From IMG/VR virus record IMGVR_UViG_3300020187_003193: a stretch of 64,000 bases of DNA; one strand, written 5' to 3'. Below the pieces are notes generated by a model that saw only the letters and a program-made list of their open reading frames with translations, made no database searches and had not been told where the DNA came from. Numbering within the stretch: position 1 is the first letter of the stretch; each line of letters begins with the position of its first letter. The position numbers were made by a program, and so were the translations under genes. Of the stretch, positions 8,585-15,735 are shown piece after piece. The stretch comes from a virus.

Positions 8585-8736
8585 GACAAAAACGAGTCTA
8601 TACAGAACACTCGAGTCCGTTATATAAAGAAATATATAACTCAAAACACAACAGAGATGTTCTTCCAAATGGAGATATTCGAATAGGAGAAAATCACATC
8701 CTATGCTATAAAACAAAACTTATTAAGAAATACTAG
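8581..8736 (+). CDS. Small hypothetical protein (51 aa)
   Basis: Manual ORF MRQKRVYTEH...; its stop coincides with the next promoter -33 box. Confidence 0.5.
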   Translation: MRQKRVYTEHSSPLYKEIYNSKHNRDVLPNGDIRIGENHILCYKTKLIKKY

Positions 8737-8764
8737 GCTGCCACAGGCAGCCTTCGTATATTTA
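8733..8764 (+). promoter_or_regulatory. Early-type promoter with palindromic spacer
   Basis: CTAG-N20-TATATTTA; GGCTGCC-ACA-GGCAGCC (near-identical to 3128-3144). Confidence 0.75.
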
Positions 8765-8789
8765 CCACGTTAAATTAATAATAAAGGTT

Positions 8790-8954
8790 ATGAAAGAAAA
8801 AAGATATGTGGTGGAAATGCATATTAAAATTATAGCAAAGGATGATCATAATGCACGTTATAAAGCTAATAAATTAGCAGAGAAGATAGGTGCAGAAGTA
8901 ACAGAAATAGGAGAGCAACCCTTTGCTAGTTTTCATTATAGGAAATTAGATTAA
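8790..8954 (+). CDS. Small early protein (54 aa)
   Basis: AATAAAGGTTATG leader; MKEKRYVVEMHI... Confidence 0.65.
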   Translation: MKEKRYVVEMHIKIIAKDDHNARYKANKLAEKIGAEVTEIGEQPFASFHYRKLD

Positions 8955-8971
8955 ATTTAGTAATAAAGGTT

Positions 8972-9292
8972 ATGGCAGAAAAAAGAGGTGAAACGGAGAA
9001 ACTCAAATTCGATTTCAATCAAGCACACGCGCTTGAAATTAAAACAAAAACTTTAGGTTGGTATAGAGTAACATCACGTGATTTTAGATCATTTGATGGC
9101 CCTCGCCGTACTATTGCTCCAACACAAGTAGTTCAAGGTAGAGTCAATTTTCCAATGGTAACTACACCTTACAATGGTCCCCTTTATTATTGGGGGACAA
9201 ATAAAGAAATTGAATATAAAGGCTCCCAAACAATAATTCAAAGTACTAAAATGATGGAACTGCGAGAAGTTTCTCAAAGTAGATCAAAATAA
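8972..9292 (+). CDS. Hypothetical early protein
   Basis: AATAAAGGTTATG leader. Confidence 0.7.
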   Translation: MAEKRGETEKLKFDFNQAHALEIKTKTLGWYRVTSRDFRSFDGPRRTIAPTQVVQGRVNFPMVTTPYNGPLYYWGTNKEIEYKGSQTIIQSTKMMELREVSQSRSK

Positions 9293-9293
9293 A

Positions 9294-9325
9294 TTTGGCT
9301 ACCCAGGAAGCTGTTCGTATATTTA
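9294..9325 (+). promoter_or_regulatory. Early-type promoter
   Basis: TTTG-N20-TATATTTA. Confidence 0.7.
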
Positions 9326-9348
9326 GGGGTTCAATTAAAATAAAGGTT

Positions 9349-9660
9349 ATGGCATATTTAATTAGTAAAAATTCAAGATTAAATGAAGCGTTTAAAGATT
9401 TAAGGAAAGCAGGTTACTTTGCTAGACAAAATTTCCAATGCTGTCAATCATGTGCTTGGGCAGAAATTCCAGAAGAAAAATCAGATAAAGTAGTATTTTA
9501 TCACAGACAGGATGCCGAGGGTAAAGATGATGATGAAATGTATGTAGGTTGGTCGGGTGATGGAAATGAAATATGTAATATATTTTCTAAACACAGAATC
9601 GATACAGAGTGGGATGGTGATTCAAGTAATAGGATAATAATCTCAGATTATTTATACTAA
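9349..9660 (+). CDS. DUF6891-like protein (start moved to 9349)
   Basis: L...G..AR.NF.CCQSC..AEI...VFYH.QD motif recalled from DUF6891; leader AATAAAGGTTATG. Confidence 0.5.
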   Translation: MAYLISKNSRLNEAFKDLRKAGYFARQNFQCCQSCAWAEIPEEKSDKVVFYHRQDAEGKDDDEMYVGWSGDGNEICNIFSKHRIDTEWDGDSSNRIIISDYLY

Positions 9661-9743
9661 TAAATTAAAATAAAAGTTGTGCCTATTGGTGATTATATTC
9701 CACAATGAGCATGCCAATTAATGAATATAAAAATAAAGGTTAT

Positions 9744-10007
9744 ATGAAAACATTTAAAGATTTAAAATTTAAGCCACACGCTGCAGACAAAAACGGAGTA
9801 CAAGCCACAATCGAATTCGAAAATGGTTGGGGAGCATCAGTAGTACAATTCGATGGATCATATGGTGTAAAAAGTGGTTTATTTGAACTCGCCGTACTAA
9901 AAGACGGATTCGTTGATATGAACAACGATATTACGGATGACGTAATAGGATGGTTAGACGAGAGTGACGTTACGAAAGTACTTAAGCAAATCCAAGAATT
10001 AGTGTAA
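9744..10007 (+). CDS. Conserved phage hypothetical protein (start moved to 9744)
   Basis: F.NGWGASVV....SYG...GLFELAVL pattern common in phage early proteins. Confidence 0.65.
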   Translation: MKTFKDLKFKPHAADKNGVQATIEFENGWGASVVQFDGSYGVKSGLFELAVLKDGFVDMNNDITDDVIGWLDESDVTKVLKQIQELV

Positions 10008-10615
10008 TGAAAAGGTTTAGGCAATATCGTAGCAACCAAGGTAGAGATAATAAACAATATCAAGAAAGTGGTAAATTAATAGGAATATCCGGTCTAGTGC
10101 TAGTATTCATAATAATTATACTATCATTTACATCTTGCTCACCGAACGAAGACGAACTTATATACCCCGAACCTCAACGTGTTCAAGTAGATGCTTTCCC
10201 TACCCTTGATGGTACTCGTAGTTATATCCAGCATGTTTATTTAGATACAATACAATCCTTTACTTACACACAAATATATGCTGAATCAACTGACATGGCC
10301 GAAAGCCAGAAATATAACGGCGAGGCTAATATACACGCTCGTTTCTCTACCAATTCTTATTGGACTACTATTAGTGGTGTATTCGCTGGTACTCCTGTTT
10401 ATTATACTTATCCTACTGCTACTCGTTTTATACGCTCTATGCCGAATAATGAATATTCACCCAAAACCCTGGCCCTTTTCACTAAGCAATTGGTGGGACC
10501 AATTCCGAGGGTAGCAGTGAAAAATAACGCTAGAGTAAAAATTTACATGGACGTATCATATGATGGCGAGTATCACGTTAAAGACTCGATATTGCTTGTT
10601 TTTCGCCCAAAATAA
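10007..10615 (+). CDS. Putative lipoprotein
   Basis: Hydrophobic stretch ending ILSFTS-C, lipobox-like. Confidence 0.55.
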   Translation: MKRFRQYRSNQGRDNKQYQESGKLIGISGLVLVFIIIILSFTSCSPNEDELIYPEPQRVQVDAFPTLDGTRSYIQHVYLDTIQSFTYTQIYAESTDMAESQKYNGEANIHARFSTNSYWTTISGVFAGTPVYYTYPTATRFIRSMPNNEYSPKTLALFTKQLVGPIPRVAVKNNARVKIYMDVSYDGEYHVKDSILLVFRPK

Positions 10616-10708
10616 TGGGGGTGTATATATGTATTATGTGTGACACAAATCTAAGGTTAGTCTTTAGGCGAGTCTCGAGTCTGGGAGTCAATTATTAAAT
10701 GTTATGTT

Positions 10709-11197
10709 ATGAAAAGAATTACTGTTAATGAATCTGTAGATTTTGTTCCGTTAGAGGAAGATTTTACGAATAATGGTTTAGAAAATGCCGAGTATTTTAC
10801 TATGACACCTTCTACAAACCCCCAATATCCTTCAAATGAAGGTTGGGATGATGTGAAGTACTTTACGGCTCGTATGAAAAATATTTTTGCCGATAAAGGA
10901 GAAGGAGATCAATGGGTTTATATTTTATCTAACCCTTCTTTACCTAACCTGCTTAAAATAGGTTATACAAAACTTGATCCCGATACCCGTGCTGCTCAAA
11001 TATCTCGTGCTACGGGTGTGCCATTACCTTACAAAGTAGAGTGGGCTTTCAAGTGTTTTAACGGCGAACAACTAGAAGGCGAAACTCATCGCGCGCTTAG
11101 AAAATTCCGCGTTAATAATAACCGAGAATTTTTTCAAATATCACTTGAAGAAGCTAAAAATAAAGTAACTGAATTGGGACAAAAATATATACAATGA
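10709..11197 (+). CDS. T5orf172 / GIY-YIG family protein
   Basis: WVYILSNPSLPNLLKIGYT...R...ISRATGVPLPYKVE...E...H..L...RVNNNREFF. Confidence 0.9.
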   Translation: MKRITVNESVDFVPLEEDFTNNGLENAEYFTMTPSTNPQYPSNEGWDDVKYFTARMKNIFADKGEGDQWVYILSNPSLPNLLKIGYTKLDPDTRAAQISRATGVPLPYKVEWAFKCFNGEQLEGETHRALRKFRVNNNREFFQISLEEAKNKVTELGQKYIQ

Positions 11198-11484
11198 ATT
11201 TAAACGAAGATTTTTTAAAAGATACTATGGGACAATTGGAATCCTCTTTTGATGAGATTTCTAAACTCAAATTTACCTTATTAGATAATACTCTAGATCA
11301 GATAGGATACGTTTTTGAAAATGATGATAAGGGTAAGCCACTTTTTAAATCACTTTCTAAAGATGAGATAAATGATATCTATAATACTATAGAATCAGAT
11401 TTGATTCCTCTATTTGAAGAATTTAAGTACGAGCAAGGGTTAGAAAAAGTAGAAAATTGGAAAAAACTTCTCAAAGAAAACTAG
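11194..11484 (+). CDS. Hypothetical protein
   Basis: ORF overlapping upstream stop. Confidence 0.6.
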   Translation: MNLNEDFLKDTMGQLESSFDEISKLKFTLLDNTLDQIGYVFENDDKGKPLFKSLSKDEINDIYNTIESDLIPLFEEFKYEQGLEKVENWKKLLKEN

Positions 11485-11512
11485 GCTTAGTGAATTATTC
11501 ATCGTACCTTTG
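11481..11512 (+). promoter_or_regulatory. Canonical Bacteroidota promoter
   Basis: CTAG-N20-TACCTTTG (exact TAnnTTTG -7 box). Confidence 0.7.
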
Positions 11513-11542
11513 GGATACGGTTGGTTTGAAAAAATAAACAAG

Positions 11543-11878
11543 ATGGAAAACAAAACGGTTAAGGAAAAAAAGGGGGTAGGGAAAATAACGTTGTACACGT
11601 TACCCTATTGTATGCATTGTAAGGTTTTAAAATCAACCTTAGATAAAATAGGTATTCCCTATACGGACGTTGACGTTGAAGAAAAGGAAAAAATGGGTGA
11701 TTGGTTAGAAACTAACCTTAAAACCGAATCTTATCCTATCATTTATTTTGAAAGGGTACCCGGAGAGTACGTTTATATATTATCAAAAACAAACTTGGAA
11801 TCCCTAAGTAACGTTCGTATATTCACCACAATAGAACAAGCACTAGAAATTCTATTAAAATATTATTATGAGATATAA
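11543..11878 (+). CDS. Glutaredoxin/NrdH-like redoxin
   Basis: LYTLPYCMHC...GIPYTDVDV...SYPII; start moved past the promoter. Confidence 0.85.
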   Translation: MENKTVKEKKGVGKITLYTLPYCMHCKVLKSTLDKIGIPYTDVDVEEKEKMGDWLETNLKTESYPIIYFERVPGEYVYILSKTNLESLSNVRIFTTIEQALEILLKYYYEI

Positions 11879-12041
11879 AGGATTATTTGAGCAAAAGCTT
11901 CAACAATTGACAAACCAATTAACTGGTATTCATTCTGCTTCAAGTAGAGGAAATATGGTAGACACTAGACAGTTAATTGAAAACGCTAAAGAGCGTATTG
12001 AAGAAATGCAAACATTATTAAATAACGAACACCAGGAGTAA
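11868..12041 (+). CDS. Small helical protein (57 aa)
   Basis: Manual ORF filling the gap; stop overlaps next ATG. Confidence 0.55.
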   Translation: MRYKGLFEQKLQQLTNQLTGIHSASSRGNMVDTRQLIENAKERIEEMQTLLNNEHQE

Positions 12042-12796
12042 TGCAATTATCCGCTGAGGTTATAAAGGGAAATTATGATATGCTCGTTAGGGGTATCGAA
12101 AAATATGTTCAAGGAGAACGTAAGCAGCAATTCATTGACTTTTATAATAAGTTTGATGAGAGGATAGCATTACTCCCAGCATCACACAAGACCAATTACC
12201 ATAACTGTTTTCCAGGAGGGTATGCGGATCATGTGCTTCGTGTTATTAAGGCAGCGTTCAAAGTTCACAAAGTTTGGGTTGAAATGGGTATGGTGGAAAC
12301 ATATACCGATGAGGAATTATTTGTAGCTGCCTTAAATCACGATTTGGGTAAAATTGGTTCAGCCGAAGAAACTTCAGTTTTTCCATCTACAGATGAATGG
12401 AGAAAGAAGAACCTAGGTGAAATGTATACTTTCAATACAAGTATTGGGTATATGACAGTCCCAGACCGTTCTTTATTTTTGCTTCAAGAAGCAGGTATTC
12501 AATTATCCACAAACGAGTGGATTGCAATAAAAACCCATGATGGTTTATATGATAAAGCAAACGAAGCTTATCTTAAAGGTTTCATGAACGAAACCAAACC
12601 TAGAACATCTTTACCATTTGTTCTACATCAGGCAGATTTAATGGCGGCTCGTGTTGAATGGGAACGTGATTGGTTACATACATTCGGTAAAAAAGAAGAA
12701 AAACAAAAAACAACTAAACAAGACAGAATCAATACAAATCTAGGCAAAGCTGGCGCAAACAATGCGGGGTTGATGGATTTGGTTAAAGGATTATAA
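12041..12796 (+). CDS. HD-domain phosphohydrolase (YhaM-like)
   Basis: HNCFPGGYADHVLRV...LNHDLGKIG...THDG...LHQAD. Confidence 0.85.
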   Translation: MQLSAEVIKGNYDMLVRGIEKYVQGERKQQFIDFYNKFDERIALLPASHKTNYHNCFPGGYADHVLRVIKAAFKVHKVWVEMGMVETYTDEELFVAALNHDLGKIGSAEETSVFPSTDEWRKKNLGEMYTFNTSIGYMTVPDRSLFLLQEAGIQLSTNEWIAIKTHDGLYDKANEAYLKGFMNETKPRTSLPFVLHQADLMAARVEWERDWLHTFGKKEEKQKTTKQDRINTNLGKAGANNAGLMDLVKGL

Positions 12797-12797
12797 T

Positions 12798-13085
12798 ATG
12801 TCAACTACAACACTAATTATATTGATTAACGTAGGGATATTGCTATTAGCAGTTATCTCCTACGTTATCATTAATTTACTTCGCAAAAACGAGAAGTTTG
12901 AAGAGATGATTGAAATGCAAAATCAATACATCGAAACTATCTCAAATCTTATGAGGGAGTCGGATAAAAAAGTTAAGGAAATTGATTCTAAACAAATATT
13001 CCAATCTGACGACGAAATAGGATGGTTCTTTACAGGTATCAAAGAGATACAAGAACTAATCAACGAATACAATATCAAGAAATAG
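12798..13085 (+). CDS. N-terminally membrane-anchored coiled-coil protein
   Basis: TM at residues ~6-28, then heptads. Confidence 0.6.
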   Translation: MSTTTLIILINVGILLLAVISYVIINLLRKNEKFEEMIEMQNQYIETISNLMRESDKKVKEIDSKQIFQSDDEIGWFFTGIKEIQELINEYNIKK

Positions 13086-13086
13086 C

Positions 13087-13893
13087 ATGTCTGAAGAATT
13101 AAACGAAACTATTGGTGGAAAAATTCTAGCTGTCCCTCAAACTGATGAGGGACCTCAATATACTAAAAAGGGTACTTTACGTAAACGTCGTCCAAAGACG
13201 AAAAAAATGTATTTTACTTCGGATACTGAAGAAGCTATTTTAGAATACCTGGCAGCTGAAGGGGATGAGAGACTTCGTAATCAAATTTATAACGAACGTA
13301 TTAAATATGCCTTTCATAAATTAACCGAAAATATAATTCATACTTTTAAATTTTACTATACTGAAGTAGAAACCATAGGTGAATTACAACACGAGGTTAC
13401 TTCTTTTCTATTAGAGAAACTACACTTATATCAGCAAGATAAAGGTAAAGCGTATTCTTATTTCGGTACAATTGCTAAACGTTACCTTATATTATATAAT
13501 AATACAAACTATAAGAAATTAAAACAAAAGGCAGATGTAATGGCCGTTGACGAAGACCAAACTATTACAATTGACCTTACAAACAATACCCCTCAGCCTT
13601 TAGATGAAGAAGGAACGGCATTTTTAGATTATTTTGTTCGTTATATGGATAAACATCTATTTACCTTATTTCCAAAATCAGAAGATGCTAAAACAGCAGA
13701 CGCAGTAGTTGAATTATTTCGTAAAAGAGAAAATTTAGAATTATTTAACAAAAAAGGAATATACATATATATTAGGGAAATTACAGACCAATCTACCCCA
13801 CAAATAACAAAGGTTATAAAGAAAATGAAAAAAACTTATGTTAAGTTAATGTCCCAATATTCGGATTCGGGATACGTTAGCATGAGGTTGTAA
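13087..13893 (+). CDS. Phage sigma70-family (gp55-like) late sigma factor
   Basis: Region-2-like LQHEVTSFLLEKLHLYQQDKGKAYSYFGTIAKRYL; sits directly before the structural module. Confidence 0.65.
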   Translation: MSEELNETIGGKILAVPQTDEGPQYTKKGTLRKRRPKTKKMYFTSDTEEAILEYLAAEGDERLRNQIYNERIKYAFHKLTENIIHTFKFYYTEVETIGELQHEVTSFLLEKLHLYQQDKGKAYSYFGTIAKRYLILYNNTNYKKLKQKADVMAVDEDQTITIDLTNNTPQPLDEEGTAFLDYFVRYMDKHLFTLFPKSEDAKTADAVVELFRKRENLELFNKKGIYIYIREITDQSTPQITKVIKKMKKTYVKLMSQYSDSGYVSMRL

Positions 13894-13908
13894 GTTTTCC
13901 CTATAACT

Positions 13909-13917
13909 ATATTTATA
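13909..13917 (+). promoter_or_regulatory. Putative late promoter ATATTTATA (representative; about 16 copies in window)
   Basis: Same motif upstream of structural/late ORFs at 5, 18729, 28236, 41590, 44876, 47517, 49106, 50720, 53360, 55310, 57083, 58806, 61770, 63117, 63904. Confidence 0.7.
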
Positions 13918-13933
13918 TCCATATAACAAAATT

Positions 13934-14311
13934 ATGGATTTTTCACAAGTAAACCTATTTGGTAAGAAAACTTTCGCAGACTTACTAAAGGAAATACATA
14001 CCAACCAAAAAGATAAAGAGGTCCAATTACGTTCGCTAATTGAAGGCCTCAAACCCCTCATCACTTCACCAGGAGAAGCTACCATTATGGTTCCTTTAAT
14101 CAAGGAATATATGGAATTAGCTATTAAAAACGATGATGCCTTGATCAAAATGGCAGGTATAGTTCAACGTGCTATGAATACCAAAATGGCTGAAGGGGAC
14201 GATATATTGTCTGATGAAGATAAAGAATTATTATTCTCTTCTTTAAAAGATCTAGATACTAAAGTTGAACAAGTAGAAGTTAAAGAACCAAAATTAGAGG
14301 ATGTCAATTAA
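13934..14311 (+). CDS. Hypothetical helical protein
   Basis: ORF after late motif. Confidence 0.7.
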   Translation: MDFSQVNLFGKKTFADLLKEIHTNQKDKEVQLRSLIEGLKPLITSPGEATIMVPLIKEYMELAIKNDDALIKMAGIVQRAMNTKMAEGDDILSDEDKELLFSSLKDLDTKVEQVEVKEPKLEDVN

Positions 14312-15314
14312 TAGCCAATCCCCTACTTTAGGGAATACCTTTATTGGACAAGGTTCATCTCAATCCCCTTCATTAGGAGGTGGAAGGATGTTTCCTGTTC
14401 GAGTAATAGATATTTCACTTGGTTCTTCTTCACACCCCCAATCTTTGTTTCAAGTTACTAAAGGATGGTGGGGTATAGGAGCTATTAGATTTGAACCCTT
14501 AAATGAAAGTTCCTTACCAAAGGAATTTCCTCAAGGAAACATAGCTTTACCCTTAGATACTAATTTAAAAAAATTACCTCTTATAAATGAGATAGTATTT
14601 ATAGTTCCTTCCCCTTCACTTAGATTTTTAGAGGATGGTAATACTGATGCTATTGATTTTTATTATATGAATGCCTTAACCCTTTGGAATAGTAATCATG
14701 TAAATGCATTACCTTCTTTAGGAGTTAACATTACTCAAACTACAGATACAATTAACAACCCCGATATAGATGGGGGATTGGAAAATGATTTAGATAATAA
14801 AGTACCTGAAATATCATATGGTAAAACTTTTACTGAAAGTGGTAGAATAAAAAATCTCTACCCAAATGAAGGAGATGTCATTTTGGAAGGGCGATTTGGA
14901 AATTCAATTAGATTTGGATCCACAGCAAAACAACCATCAGGGAGTGCTAATATAGAAAGTCCTTGGAGCACTACAGGTGAAAATGGAAGTCCTATTACTA
15001 TAATACGAAATGGACAAAGTAAAGCAGATTTAGACTATAATAATTGGTACCCCATATATGAAGATATTCAAAATGATGATTCATCCATATACATGACATC
15101 AGGACAAACTATACCAGTATCTTTAGGTTCAACTAATTTTGCATCATTTGGTGTAGATGCTGTACCTGTTGCTAACACAACTAAACTATTACAAGATACA
15201 CCTGTAGATAATTCAAGTTTATCCAATAAAGAACTAGATTCAGCTGATAAAGCATATGATATAGTTAATCAAGAACCCGATTTAACAACCGAAGTAACCA
15301 GCTCAAGCGTATAA
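14301..15314 (+). CDS. Baseplate hub protein, gp5/Vgr N-terminal-like
   Basis: LPLINEIV..V...YY (OB-fold) and GDVILEGRFGNSIRFGS motifs; position. Confidence 0.6.
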   Translation: MSINSQSPTLGNTFIGQGSSQSPSLGGGRMFPVRVIDISLGSSSHPQSLFQVTKGWWGIGAIRFEPLNESSLPKEFPQGNIALPLDTNLKKLPLINEIVFIVPSPSLRFLEDGNTDAIDFYYMNALTLWNSNHVNALPSLGVNITQTTDTINNPDIDGGLENDLDNKVPEISYGKTFTESGRIKNLYPNEGDVILEGRFGNSIRFGSTAKQPSGSANIESPWSTTGENGSPITIIRNGQSKADLDYNNWYPIYEDIQNDDSSIYMTSGQTIPVSLGSTNFASFGVDAVPVANTTKLLQDTPVDNSSLSNKELDSADKAYDIVNQEPDLTTEVTSSSV

Positions 15315-15315
15315 C

Positions 15316-15735
15316 ATGGCATATTTTCCAGAATTCCCATATAGAGGTAAGCAGATTATTATAGATTCTGATAGAGTTACATTAAACTCTAAAACAGATA
15401 CTACATTCCTTGTAGGAAATAAAGCTGTTAGTATATCTTCGGGTGGTAGTATTAACATGGATAGTAGCGAAGGTTGTATAATTAACTCTCCTAATATTAA
15501 ATTAGGGTTAGATGCTCGACATCCTCTAGTATATGGGGATACTTTACAAAGTGCTTTAAATGAATTTTTAAAGATTATAAATGAAGTTGTAGTCCCCAAT
15601 TTACAAACTGCAACTGAATCAAACGGGGCAAAAATGACTAGTGTAAATTTAGCAGGAGATGCCTTACAAAAAGCATCTGTAAATTTAAGTCAAAGGTTAG
15701 GAGACATTATTTCAAAAACTAACTATACTCAATAA
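15316..15735 (+). CDS. Baseplate spike-like protein (gp5 C-terminal beta-helix-like)
   Basis: IIIDSDRVTLNSK...SINMDS...INSPNIKLG..A.HPLVYGD. Confidence 0.55.
   Translation: MAYFPEFPYRGKQIIIDSDRVTLNSKTDTTFLVGNKAVSISSGGSINMDSSEGCIINSPNIKLGLDARHPLVYGDTLQSALNEFLKIINEVVVPNLQTATESNGAKMTSVNLAGDALQKASVNLSQRLGDIISKTNYTQ

Noticed and set aside
3125-9351. CRISPR-like array formed by the repeated promoter/leader units
   Set aside because: Repeats are degenerate, irregularly spaced and separated by ORFs; no cas genes.
5541-10682. Invertible segment bounded by a 13-bp imperfect inverted repeat
   Set aside because: A 12/13 match is expected by chance in 64 kb, no recombinase is present, and all genes stay on one strand.
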